Below are positions 1-7,807 of a stretch of DNA of 14,292 nt, in pieces (positions within the stretch are counted from its first letter, which is position 1; every line of letters begins with the position of its first letter). A program made the translations under genes and the position numbers. A model generated the notes under the pieces. That model ran no database searches. It saw only the letters and a program-made list of their open reading frames with translations, and was not told the DNA's origin. This stretch comes from Anaerolineae bacterium (lineage in GTDB: Bacteria; Chloroflexota; Anaerolineae; DUEN01), in NCBI GenBank assembly GCA_034433615.1, contig DAOUAJ010000382.1:1-14292 (forward strand), read 5' to 3'.

Positions 1-2480
1 GCTGCCGTGTGAGACGCCGTGCCGGATGCAGTATCTCGATCAGCACGCACTTCCAGGTAGACAGGCGCTTCTTCTCCGGCTTCCAACCGGATTTCTCCTG
101 CCTGGCTATCTGCGGGTGGAAAGGGAGGTTCCAGATAAGAGATCACTCCCACAGCCGTGGCCGAGAAGCCGGGCAGATCGTACAAGGTAAACGATTGTCC
201 TGGCGTCAACGCCACACGCCCCTGTAAGTCGTAGTACACGCCGTCCACCCAGGCGTCTCGTACCTTGTCCGTGATGACGTAACGCACCCCTGCCAAGTCA
301 AGTATACGACTGGCGGGGATCTCTTGCAATTGTTCGCGCAGCCGGCCGTCGGGAAGCAGGCGATCAGGGGTGATGAACAGGGTCTGGAACCAGGTATATC
401 GAGCCAGTGGCAGGATACCGCCGTCGTAGCCATCAATGCTGGGCAAGTGCAGCAGCAATGGCAGATTAGGAGCGATGATCTCCTTCAGTTTGGCTGCGAC
501 CACATAATCCCGCAAGCCAGCTTCATCCAGGTCATCGGCCAGGAGCTGGCGTATCTCTGGCAAATCGCCAGGATCGTAGTGAATGCCTGACATGGAGAGG
601 AAACGGCCAGGGGCAGCCAGCAGGTGAGCCGGCGCCGTGCGCAATGAGGTCACCGCCTGGGGAGCGGAAGGGTGGTTGAAATCCAGCGGTAGCGCTGCCG
701 CCAATAATTCACCGTAGAGTAGAAAGAGGACCAGCGGGCCGACCAGCGGGCGTAGCCGGACGGGCCACCGCTCCTGCACCAACAGACCAGCCGTGACGAC
801 CGCCAGCCCTGCCCACGCAGTGAGGGTAGCCCGGCCAGGCCACTGTTGAAGCACCAACAACGTGACCAGCAGCACACTTCCCACTCCGGCCAGGATTTGG
901 CGCCAGCGGTAAGCCATGATCCAGTCCCAGACGATGGCCATGCGAGCCCGCAGTTGCAGAGCATCAGGCATGATCAGCCGATCCAGCCCTATCCCGGCCA
1001 ACAGGGCGATGGCCAGCGCGTACCAGGCCAGCCAGCGCGGGGGCACACGAAACAGCCCGAATCCGGGGATCACTTTGTAGAACAAGGGATAGAGGGGTGT
1101 GTAGCCGCCTAAGGCCAGGAGCAGCCCGCCCGTGGCCAGCGTCGCCAGAGGCACCTGCAACGGGTGGTGCTCCGATCGCGGGGAGCCTGTCCCTGGTGTC
1201 TGTCCTGAAACTCGCCCCCCCGCGATGGGCGAAGGTCTCCTGACCGAGCCCTTTTTCGCCTCGGTCGGGAGACCTTCAGCGATCAAGGGGACGAGGGACG
1301 AAGGACGAGGGACGAGGGAGTGGGTTTTCATCGGCCGTGGCGCCGCCCGCGGCGGCATGGGGAACTGTCCTGAAAAAGGGACGAGGGACGAGGGACGAGG
1401 GACGAGGAAGCGGGTGTTCATCGGCCATGGTGCCGCCTCCGGCATGGACATCTGTCCTGCATTTTGGCCTGACGGCCAGCCTGTCTTGGCTGTCAGGCCG
1501 GGGAGCAACCCTAGCCCGGCCAGAGTGAGGCCCAGGATGCCCACGTAAGCCAGGTACTCGGAGAAAACAGGGGTGCCGAACGCGGCTTCGGGCTGCATCG
1601 CGTAAGGGGGCAGCAACGCCAGGAGCAGCATGTTCGGTTTCAATGAGAAGGCTATCGTCTCCAGGAAGCCCAGCCCGCCTGCGCGAATCGAGAGCCTGGC
1701 CAGTTCCATCGTCGGCAGAATCTGGACCGCCGAGATCGCGACAGCCAGAACCACGGCCACAGCCAGCGATCCCCATCGGGTGAGTAGTACGCCGGCCAAT
1801 GATCGAGCCCTTTGCCGCTGGCGAACAGCTTCCCAGAGCGGCCCGGCCAGCGCGTACACCCCTAATCCGGCCGTGGAGATATACGTAGCCTGAGTGTGTC
1901 CGGCCAGCAGTTGCAGCGCCAGCACCAGCGCCAGTCCCGCCAGTGGCAGCAGCCTGGCCCGTATGGTCGAGCCACACGCGACGTGATCCAGCAGAAGTAA
2001 AGCCAGAGGAAACCAGGCTAACGCGTTAATTTGGTTGATCTGGCCGGCATGCCCGGCCAGGTGCCCGCCCAGCGCATAGATCAACGCCGCCGCCAGCGCG
2101 CCGGTGCGGCTCAGACCCAGGTGGCGTGCCAACGCGTAAGTGAAGCAGCCGGCCAGCCAGATGTGCAAGACCAGTGACCAGATGAGCGCACGTTCTGGAC
2201 GCAGCCAGATCAATGGCCAATGTAGTGGGTAGAAGACGGCGGCCTGAGGGTTGGCCAGAAAAGGGACACCCAGGAAGAGATACGGGTTCCACAACGGCAA
2301 ATGACCTGCCCGCAGCGCCTCCGCGCGATAGGCCCAGTAGGGCGTGAAATAGGTGAAGGCGTCGCCCCGGGCCAGCACCTTATTCGTCAGAGCTGCGTGG
2401 CGAAAAGCCCATACGCTAAGCGCCAATAGCCCCAGCATGACCAGCAATGGTCCGACGCCCTGGCGTACTCTAGCGGCCAT
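1..2480 (-). CDS. Large polytopic membrane protein, YfhO-like (GT-C-type glycosyltransferase family); partial, 3' end lies beyond the window start (826 or more codons)
   Basis: Hand translation of the minus strand from ATG 2480-2478 runs to position 1 with no stop in frame (checked in 60-nt blocks). It is not in the ORF track because it has no stop inside the window. Listed ORFs 2026..2292 and 1276..1977 are out-of-frame shadows of it. The N-terminus (MAARVRQGVGPLLVMLGLLALSVWAF...GDAFTYFTPYWAYRAEALRAGHLPLWNPYLFLGVPFLANPQAAVFYPL) recalls the YfhO-family N-terminal motif from memory. Many TM helices are followed by a soluble C-terminal domain of roughly 230 aa (nt 1-700), which is the YfhO architecture. 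The ATG overlaps the stop of the upstream PMT_2 gene (ATGGCCGCTAG). The family call needs HMM confirmation. Confidence 0.65.
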   Translation of the reverse strand, partial: MAARVRQGVGPLLVMLGLLALSVWAFRHAALTNKVLARGDAFTYFTPYWAYRAEALRAGHLPLWNPYLFLGVPFLANPQAAVFYPLHWPLIWLRPERALIWSLVLHIWLAGCFTYALARHLGLSRTGALAAALIYALGGHLAGHAGQINQINALAWFPLALLLLDHVACGSTIRARLLPLAGLALVLALQLLAGHTQATYISTAGLGVYALAGPLWEAVRQRQRARSLAGVLLTRWGSLAVAVVLAVAISAVQILPTMELARLSIRAGGLGFLETIAFSLKPNMLLLALLPPYAMQPEAAFGTPVFSEYLAYVGILGLTLAGLGLLPGLTAKTGWPSGQNAGQMSMPEAAPWPMNTRFLVPRPSSLVPFSGQFPMPPRAAPRPMKTHSLVPRPSSLVPLIAEGLPTEAKKGSVRRPSPIAGGRVSGQTPGTGSPRSEHHPLQVPLATLATGGLLLALGGYTPLYPLFYKVIPGFGLFRVPPRWLAWYALAIALLAGIGLDRLIMPDALQLRARMAIVWDWIMAYRWRQILAGVGSVLLVTLLVLQQWPGRATLTAWAGLAVVTAGLLVQERWPVRLRPLVGPLVLFLLYGELLAAALPLDFNHPSAPQAVTSLRTAPAHLLAAPGRFLSMSGIHYDPGDLPEIRQLLADDLDEAGLRDYVVAAKLKEIIAPNLPLLLHLPSIDGYDGGILPLARYTWFQTLFITPDRLLPDGRLREQLQEIPASRILDLAGVRYVITDKVRDAWVDGVYYDLQGRVALTPGQSFTLYDLPGFSATAVGVISYLEPPFPPADSQAGEIRLEAGEEAPVYLEVRADRDTASGTASHTA
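1287..1440. repeat. Two ~60-bp direct repeat copies (1287-1347 and 1378-1440) inside the YfhO-like CDS. Each begins with tandem heptamers GGGACGA: four copies with one mismatch at 1288-1315, and three perfect copies at 1378-1398
   Basis: Seen directly: gggacgagggacgaaggacgagggacgagggagtgggttttcatcggccgtggcgccgcc versus gggacgagggacgagggacgaggaagcgggtgttcatcggccatggtgccgcctcc. On the coding (minus) strand the heptamer reads CTCGTCC, and each repeat copy encodes the peptide (N/K)T(R/H)(F/S)LVPRPSSLVP. Confidence 0.8.
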
Positions 2481-4182
2481 CAAGTTTCGTTCGCTCAATA
2501 CGATACACGACGAATGAAAGGCTGCCGTCCCCCCGATGCGTCTCGAAGCGGGGGATCATGACGATCCCGCGAGCAGCCAGCGCCGCCTGGGCCGCGTCGC
2601 GCTCAGCCAGGCGCCAACCAGGAAAAACGATGTAACGTACGATCTGAGGAGGACCGTCGGCATCGGCCACCAGCGCCTCCGTGGAGTCGTAATAACGAAA
2701 GTGGAAAGGCACATCATAGAGGTAGTAACGCCAGTGCCAGCCCAGCCAGCGATGGTATAACACCGCGCCTGAAGGCAGTTCCGATCTGAGGAAAGTGGCC
2801 ACCAGGTCAATGCCATCATACGCGCCATGGTCGGAGCCGACCGGGAAACCGCTTTTCGCTGCCGTCACGGCCGGGCTGGCCAGCATCAAGGTGAACAGGG
2901 CTGTCATCGCCAGGACGCCGGCGCGCCGCGCTGCCGGACCGAACCGCTGTTCCCAGCCGCGCAGGGTCGCTTCTGCCAGAGTCAGGACAACCCGCGCCCC
3001 CAGAAGCGCAACGATCGGCGCCAGGGGAAGTAAGTAACGATCCCAAATCTGGAAGTTGACCACGATGTGCAGCGCCATGTAGACCAGCCCGTATCCCAGT
3101 AGAATCAGATCGGTTCTCCAGGCCGTGGGCAGTACCACGGGGGAAGAAGGCCTGTTTTCAGCCTGCGGAGGCAGGCTTCGCAAAGGTAGTAGCCGCGACT
3201 TCCAGTCGCCCAGCTTCTGTCGCCATGCCTGCCACGCCAGCCCCGGCAGCCCGATGGCCAGTAGCGCGTTCAGCCAGGGCGAGCCGGTCAGATAACTCAG
3301 CCACGGCAGCCACTTGATCGCGCGGGCGGGCCACTCAGCGAGAGATGTCAGCCAAAGCCCGCCGTACGAGATGGCACTCTGCGCCAGGAACCCAGGGCGG
3401 TCAGGCGGCAGATAGCGCCAACTGTCCCACTGGATTGCCTTCCAGATCGGATAGCCCACACCCAGAACGAAGAGGCTGGCGGCAATCGGCGCACTCCAAC
3501 GCCCAGGCAACGTTGGTCCCAGGGCAGCAAGCCGGGCGATAACCGACAACCGGTAACCGAAGAGCAGATGTCTCCGCGTCTCCGTATCCTCGCGTCCTCG
3601 CGTCCCCGCGTCTCCCCTTCCTGAGATCACCCATCCCAGCCCCAAAACCAGCGGCAGGAAGAAGATCCCCTGCTGCTTGGTGATGGCGGCCATTCCGATT
3701 CCCAGCCCGGCCAGACCCCAGCCCCCGTACGCCGCCGCCAGGCAGCCAGCCAGCCCGAAGAAAATCATGAGGGGATCGGTGAAGGCGGTGGGACTGAACA
3801 GGATCGCCATAGGCGATGCGGTGAAGAGGGTCGTCGCTACCCAGGCGGTGTGCTCCCCATACAGCCGGCGGGCCAGCGCGTAGACGAGCGGGATGCTGAG
3901 AAGGCCGGCCAGCAGCCCCGGCAACCGGGCCACTACCTCACTGGGACCGAGCCAGGTGAAAAAGTGGGCCAGGACGTACAGGAAAAGGGGCGGCTTGTCT
4001 ACCGGCACCGTGCGCAGCATGACATCGCGCTGGGTACTGATCAGCAGCCCCCAGGATGCATAGAGGGCCTCATCTTGGTGAAATCGGTGCGCCCACAGTG
4101 GTGGCAGGCGTAGTAACAGCCCGGCCAGCATCATGCTGGCCAGCACCAACTTGTCGCGGAGAATCAACCCAGGCGTAGCCAT
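2470..4182 (-). CDS. PMT_2 / ArnT-like GT-C membrane glycosyltransferase (GT39/GT83-type). Start assigned to ATG 4182; the ORF-track TTG start at 4275 is the alternative
   Basis: Family hallmarks: a DE motif in the first extracytoplasmic loop (RFHQDEALYASWG), the KPPLFLYVLAHFF motif (KPPL-Y-W in ArnT/PMT_2), ARLPGLLAGLLSIPLVYALARRLYG, roughly 11-13 TM helices, and a C-terminal soluble domain of about 130 aa. ATG 4182 places TM1 (LVLASMMLAGLLL) about 12 residues in. TTG 4275 directly abuts the GT2 stop. Neither start has a strong SD. Confidence 0.75.
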   Translation of the reverse strand: MATPGLILRDKLVLASMMLAGLLLRLPPLWAHRFHQDEALYASWGLLISTQRDVMLRTVPVDKPPLFLYVLAHFFTWLGPSEVVARLPGLLAGLLSIPLVYALARRLYGEHTAWVATTLFTASPMAILFSPTAFTDPLMIFFGLAGCLAAAYGGWGLAGLGIGMAAITKQQGIFFLPLVLGLGWVISGRGDAGTRGREDTETRRHLLFGYRLSVIARLAALGPTLPGRWSAPIAASLFVLGVGYPIWKAIQWDSWRYLPPDRPGFLAQSAISYGGLWLTSLAEWPARAIKWLPWLSYLTGSPWLNALLAIGLPGLAWQAWRQKLGDWKSRLLPLRSLPPQAENRPSSPVVLPTAWRTDLILLGYGLVYMALHIVVNFQIWDRYLLPLAPIVALLGARVVLTLAEATLRGWEQRFGPAARRAGVLAMTALFTLMLASPAVTAAKSGFPVGSDHGAYDGIDLVATFLRSELPSGAVLYHRWLGWHWRYYLYDVPFHFRYYDSTEALVADADGPPQIVRYIVFPGWRLAERDAAQAALAARGIVMIPRFETHRGDGSLSFVVYRIERTKLDGR

Positions 4183-4275
4183 TGGCTCGATACTGTCCAG
4201 CACAAATCGCGTGCCGGGCCAGGTGCCGATTTCAATATGGAAGCCCGGCTCAGCACGGCAAATCCGCCAAAGCAA

Positions 4276-5040
4276 CTAATCCACAAAGCGATACTTCAGC
4301 AACGTCCATAGAGCAATCAGGCCATCCTTGAACCCGATCTTCTTCCCCTCGATGTACTCCCGCCCGGTGTACGAGATGGGTACCTCGTAGATGCGGTAGC
4401 CGCGTTTTAACACCTTGGCGGTCACCTCCGGCTCGAAGTCAAAGCGGCGGGAGCGCAACGGGATGTTGCGGATGACATCAGCCCGAAACGCCTTGTAACC
4501 TGTCTCCATATCAGAGAGGATGCTATCGTATAGCAGATTGGTGAGCAAAGTCAGCGCTTTGTTGGCAACCATGTGCCAGAAGAGCATGGCGGTGTGAGGA
4601 CCGCCCAGAAAGCGGGAACCATACACGACGGCCGCCCGCCCCTCGATGATCGGCTTAAGGAGCACAGGGTAATCGCGCGGGTCATACTCCAGGTCAGCAT
4701 CCTGGATGAGCATGATGTCACCGGTGGCATGCTGAATAGCCGTGCGCACGGCGGCACCTTTGCCTTGGTTGCGCTCGTGGTAAAAAACGCGGATATCGCC
4801 GGCTTTCTCTTCCTCTTGCAAAATCTCGCGGCTACCGTCAGTGGAGCCATCGTCCACGACCACAATCTCCTTTTCCAGGACGATAGGACCTGGCTGACGC
4901 AGGATAATCGAAATTCCACTATTGATCTCCAGCGGGACGGCACGTACTCTGGTCAGAATCTCCTGGATGGTGGTTCGCTCGTTGTAGACAGGGATCAGGA
5001 TCGAGAGCTTCAAAGGGGCCTCCAAGACGCTGATGGTCAC
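4276..5040 (-). CDS. GT2 polyprenyl/dolichyl-phosphate sugar synthase (DPM1/Ppm1/GtrB/CsbB-like), 254 aa, GTG start
   Basis: LSILIPVYNE...VVVDDGSTDGS...IQDADLEYDP is the classic GT-A DXD and ED architecture. It is short and lacks C-terminal TM helices, so it resembles Ppm1/DPM1. The SD GAGAAGG lies 7 nt upstream of GTG 5040. It is the first gene of a GT2 to PMT_2 to YfhO-like series with adjacent or overlapping junctions. Confidence 0.85.
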   Translation of the reverse strand: MTISVLEAPLKLSILIPVYNERTTIQEILTRVRAVPLEINSGISIILRQPGPIVLEKEIVVVDDGSTDGSREILQEEEKAGDIRVFYHERNQGKGAAVRTAIQHATGDIMLIQDADLEYDPRDYPVLLKPIIEGRAAVVYGSRFLGGPHTAMLFWHMVANKALTLLTNLLYDSILSDMETGYKAFRADVIRNIPLRSRRFDFEPEVTAKVLKRGYRIYEVPISYTGREYIEGKKIGFKDGLIALWTLLKYRFVD

Positions 5041-5234
5041 ATTATAGCCTTCTCGTTAACAAGGGACAACCCCGAAGGTTCAGGCCGGAGCCTCCATTTC
5101 GGCCTCCAAAGTCTTACATTTCATCATCAGATAGCAAGATCGTGGAAGCTGAAAACGACATCCTGGAGTCCCAAAGATCCTTCGGAGTTCGATGAAGCAA
5201 CGTATGAACTAACGTCTCGGTTCCAGGCGCGCAA

Positions 5235-5260
5235 ACGCCCCGCCATATCCGACGGGGCGT
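5235..5260. terminator. 8-bp GC-rich hairpin (ACGCCCCG, 10-nt loop, CGGGGCGT) 23 nt downstream of the response-regulator stop; weak U-tract
   Basis: Seen in sequence. On the minus-strand RNA it is followed by UUUGCG, only three U residues. On the plus strand it is followed by AGCUCUUAUUGG. It is the only obvious structure between the regulator gene and the GT2 gene. Confidence 0.3.
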
Positions 5261-5283
5261 AGCTCTTATTGGTCACGTCCAGG

Positions 5284-5868
5284 TCACCCTTCGCCCACCT
5301 GATGGGCCAGAATGATGGCCCAGGCGACCTCCTTCATAGGTTTACGGTTGTTCATGGACATCTTCTGAATTTTACGGAACGCCTCGGCCTCCGACAGCCC
5401 CTGGCGGTCCATGAGGATGCCTTTGGCACGATCCACTAACTTGCGCGTCTCCAGCGCCTCTTGCAGATCGTCTACCTGCTTTTGCATCTCCATGAACTCA
5501 CGAAAGCGGGCCAAAGCTACCTCGATAGCAGGAGCCAGGTCGGTCTCCCGGATTGGCTTCACCAAGTAGCCGGTCACACCAGCCTCGCGCGCGCGCGCCA
5601 CCAGGTCGTGCTGACTATAGGCGCTGAGCAGCAACACCGGAGCGATGCGCTCCTCCGTCAGAATCTTAGCCGCCTCGATGCCGTCCATATCAGGCATCTT
5701 GATGTCCATGATCACGATATCCGGCTTGAGCTCTCTGGCCAGATTCACGGCACTGCGTCCGTCGCCGACCTCCCCCACGACCAGGTAACCCAGGTTGGTT
5801 AACATCTCCCGTAGATCCAATCGGATCAATGCCTCATCGTCGGCAATCACGACCCGAGTCTTTTCCAC
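5284..5868 (-). CDS. ANTAR-domain response regulator (receiver plus ANTAR RNA-binding output; PdtaR/AmiR/NasT-like)
   Basis: Receiver motifs: VVIADDEALIRLDL, IVIMDIKMPDMDGIEAAK, VTGYLVKP. The C-terminus QEALETRKLVDRAKGILMDRQGLSEAEAFRKIQKMSMNNRKPMKEVAWAI is a typical ANTAR helix bundle. The SD GGGAGG lies 9 nt upstream of ATG 5868, 6 nt after the kinase stop. Confidence 0.85.
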   Translation of the reverse strand: MEKTRVVIADDEALIRLDLREMLTNLGYLVVGEVGDGRSAVNLARELKPDIVIMDIKMPDMDGIEAAKILTEERIAPVLLLSAYSQHDLVARAREAGVTGYLVKPIRETDLAPAIEVALARFREFMEMQKQVDDLQEALETRKLVDRAKGILMDRQGLSEAEAFRKIQKMSMNNRKPMKEVAWAIILAHQVGEG

Positions 5869-5874
5869 GGCTTA

Positions 5875-7452
5875 TCACCCTCCCAAAGGCAATTTTGGAA
5901 AAGAGACCTCAGCGACAACGCCATCCTTCTGATACAAAGAGAAGGTCCCTTTGAGATCGTCTCGAACCAAGGTTTGCACAATCTGCAGGCCCAAAGTTCG
6001 AGCCTGCTCCAACGAGAATCCCTCCGGCAGGCCGTGTCCATTGTCCACGATGCGGATCACGACCCTGTTCGCGATGTTGGTCAGATCGGCCTGAATGTGC
6101 CCCTCTTCCTCGCCATCAAATCCATGTTCCAGGGCGTTCAGGAGCAATTCGTTAAAAACCAGCGCGCAGGCAGTGGCCTGATCTTTGTGCAGATAAATGC
6201 TAGGGCCCCTCAACTCAATGCGGATGCGACAACCCGGCGCTAAAGTGACTTGCTCGGTCTGGCTGATGATGCGCTGAAACACGTCACGAATGTTGATGTG
6301 CTGCCCTCTGTCATGGGATAGATAATCATGGATGACGGCTACACTCAGGATGCGATTAATGGCCTCTTCCAGTTCGTGGCGGGCCTCCTCCGTCTGACAT
6401 CGCCTGGATTGCATACGCAGCACCGAAGCGATGTTTTGCAAGTTGTTCTTCACCCGATGATGAACTTCCTGCACCATCGCCCGTTGCACGTTCAGCTCTT
6501 GCTGCCTGTGCCGCGCTTCCGTGTCATCATGCACCAGGATCAATGCGCCCGCTTGGCGTCGGTAATTCGCCCGTCGGGATAGACGGTCACCGATGGCCGC
6601 AGGCAGCGGCCACGGAGGATCATAACGCAGCAGCGGGATCACCTGGCGAATCCAGTAGCGAGTTTGCTCTTCCCCTTCCCATTGCTGGCATAGCCCGGTT
6701 CGCAGCGCCGTGGCTACCAGCTCGTCGTCCCGAGTCTGCAGATCGCCTATCCACTTGCCGCGGAGATCTTCTAAATAACCCAGGTGACGGTACAGGTGGG
6801 TGGCAATCCCGCTTAGATAAGTGATGCGTCGTTGTAAGTCGGTGACGACGATCCCATCCCATTCGCCGAATGGTCCTAAAGCTTTTGCACCCCGCAGATC
6901 ACCCCGTATAGCCATCTGTTGAACCCAAGAAAGGGCCCGCTGGAAGACGCGAGAACGGCGGCGGTGACGCTCTCGTTCGATCAGGTTGGTCTCGATGGCT
7001 AACGCGGCAATGATCTGGCCGCGAGGGCCATAGATGGGGTAGACTTCTTGAATGACAGGGGCATCGCCCTCGACCACTCGTTGATGGTGGCCAGATACCC
7101 CATCGTTTAAAGCGCGCAAGACGAGAGGTTCGTCCGCCTGCTTGACTGTTTGCCCCAGCAACGAGTTGGGATGGAGGGGAGAGATAGAACGCGGCTGTGC
7201 CTGGGCGATGATAGCTGCCGAACGAGCGTTCAGGCGGCCGTAGAGAAGCACATCCGCCCGGCTGACTCCGGCCGTGATCGCCAAACCATCCTCCACCTGC
7301 TGGAGAAACTGAAGATCCGCATCACTCAAGCCCTGACAGCTTTTGACGATCGGGTGCATATGAGTCCATAGGCTACCAAGCCAGGCTCCCATGCCTGGGA
7401 TTCTCTTTATCAAGTGCAACATACAACAAAAGCCGACGGCATTGCAAGCCAT
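5875..7452 (-). CDS. Cytosolic sensor histidine kinase, HisKA_2 plus HATPase_c with N-terminal GAF/PAS-like sensor region (PdtaS-like). Start uncertain (7452, 7392 or 7359)
   Basis: The H-box EVHHRVKNNLQNIASVLRMQ is the HisKA_2 signature. The ATPase motifs NELLLNALEHG and DNGHGLP are present. No TM segments. The gene is immediately upstream of and cotranscribed with the ANTAR regulator. None of the three candidate ATGs has a convincing SD. Confidence 0.8.
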   Translation of the reverse strand: MACNAVGFCCMLHLIKRIPGMGAWLGSLWTHMHPIVKSCQGLSDADLQFLQQVEDGLAITAGVSRADVLLYGRLNARSAAIIAQAQPRSISPLHPNSLLGQTVKQADEPLVLRALNDGVSGHHQRVVEGDAPVIQEVYPIYGPRGQIIAALAIETNLIERERHRRRSRVFQRALSWVQQMAIRGDLRGAKALGPFGEWDGIVVTDLQRRITYLSGIATHLYRHLGYLEDLRGKWIGDLQTRDDELVATALRTGLCQQWEGEEQTRYWIRQVIPLLRYDPPWPLPAAIGDRLSRRANYRRQAGALILVHDDTEARHRQQELNVQRAMVQEVHHRVKNNLQNIASVLRMQSRRCQTEEARHELEEAINRILSVAVIHDYLSHDRGQHINIRDVFQRIISQTEQVTLAPGCRIRIELRGPSIYLHKDQATACALVFNELLLNALEHGFDGEEEGHIQADLTNIANRVVIRIVDNGHGLPEGFSLEQARTLGLQIVQTLVRDDLKGTFSLYQKDGVVAEVSFPKLPLGG

Positions 7453-7541
7453 CGGCCCGGAGTGGCTGGAGTGGTGTCTTAGCTACCTGAACGCGGATGC
7501 TCGCCCCCCTTCGCCAAACCCGGGGTGAGCGACTTTCGTGA

Positions 7542-7618
7542 TGGTCGGGGCGGGCGGATTTGAACCGCCGGCCACTTGAACCCCATTCAAGTGCGCTACC
7601 TGGCTGCGCTACGCCCCG
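7542..7618 (-). tRNA. tRNA-Pro (anticodon GGG), 77 nt including the encoded CCA
   Basis: Folded by hand: acceptor CGGGGCG/CGCCCCG (C1:G72, typical of bacterial tRNA-Pro), D-stem GCGC/GCGC, anticodon stem CTTGA/TCAAG with loop A-T-GGG-G-T (G37), T-stem GGCGG/CCGCC with T-loop TTCAAAT, discriminator A, CCA. Confidence 0.9.
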
Positions 7619-7629
7619 AAAGCAAAAAC

Positions 7630-7658
7630 ATTATATCAGAAGGCTCAGAAAAAGGCAA
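7630..7658 (-). promoter_or_regulatory. Putative sigma70 promoter for tRNA-Pro (minus strand): TTGCCT-N17-TGaTATAAT, with the -10 about 11 nt upstream of the tRNA 5' end
   Basis: Reverse complement of 7630-7635 is TATAAT, preceded by an extended -10 TG. Reverse complement of 7653-7658 is TTGCCT with a 17-nt spacer. Confidence 0.45.
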
Positions 7659-7769
7659 ATGACCCGGACGAAAGACGTCGTACAGCCTGCCCTCGCCAGA
7701 GGGGCCAGGGGACGGGCAATTACCGCAGATGCTGAAGTATCGAAAAGCTCTGGTAGCCACTATAGGTTA

Positions 7770-7807
7770 TTGACAAAATGGTTCTTTGGGGTTATACTGA
7801 GTATAAT
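7770..7807 (+). promoter_or_regulatory. Promoter P1: TTGACA (7770-7775), 17-nt spacer, TATACT (7793-7798), with a second TATAAT at 7802-7807
   Basis: Consensus -35 with exact 17-nt spacing to a 5/6 -10 element, seen directly. It sits in an AT-rich stretch upstream of the 84-codon ORF. Confidence 0.55.

Noticed and set aside
1132-1548. Plus-strand ORF (138 aa) with an internal peptide repeat GTRDEGRGTR...VFIG
   Set aside because: It is the antisense reading of the heptamer and 60-bp repeat inside the 826-codon minus-strand frame. The continuous minus frame with TM topology and an extracytoplasmic domain explains the region.
1276-2292. Minus-strand ORFs 1276..1977 (233 aa) and 2026..2292 (88 aa) from the track
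   Set aside because: Both are in frames offset from the uninterrupted 2480 to 1 frame, whose product has coherent TM helices and family motifs. They are high-G+C shadow ORFs.
4573-5262. Plus-strand 229-aa ORF antisense to the GT2 gene
   Set aside because: It lies entirely within a well-supported GT2 CDS on the other strand. No RBS, and no domain-like sequence.
5461-5802. Antisense ORFs within the response-regulator gene, and similar antisense ORFs inside the epimerase, tyrA, SPFH and PMT_2 genes (11375..12016, 12989..13870, 9074..9466, 8507..8836, 2795..3037 and others)
   Set aside because: Long antisense frames are expected in G+C-rich coding DNA. The opposite-strand genes have clear family signatures and ribosome-binding sites.
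7542-7618. tRNA-Pro as an integration site for the 7619-9922 cassette
   Set aside because: The cassette abuts the 5' (promoter) side of the tRNA, not its 3' end. There is no integrase and no direct repeat of the tRNA 3' end at the far boundary that I can see. Acquisition seems likely but not by classical tRNA-targeted integration.
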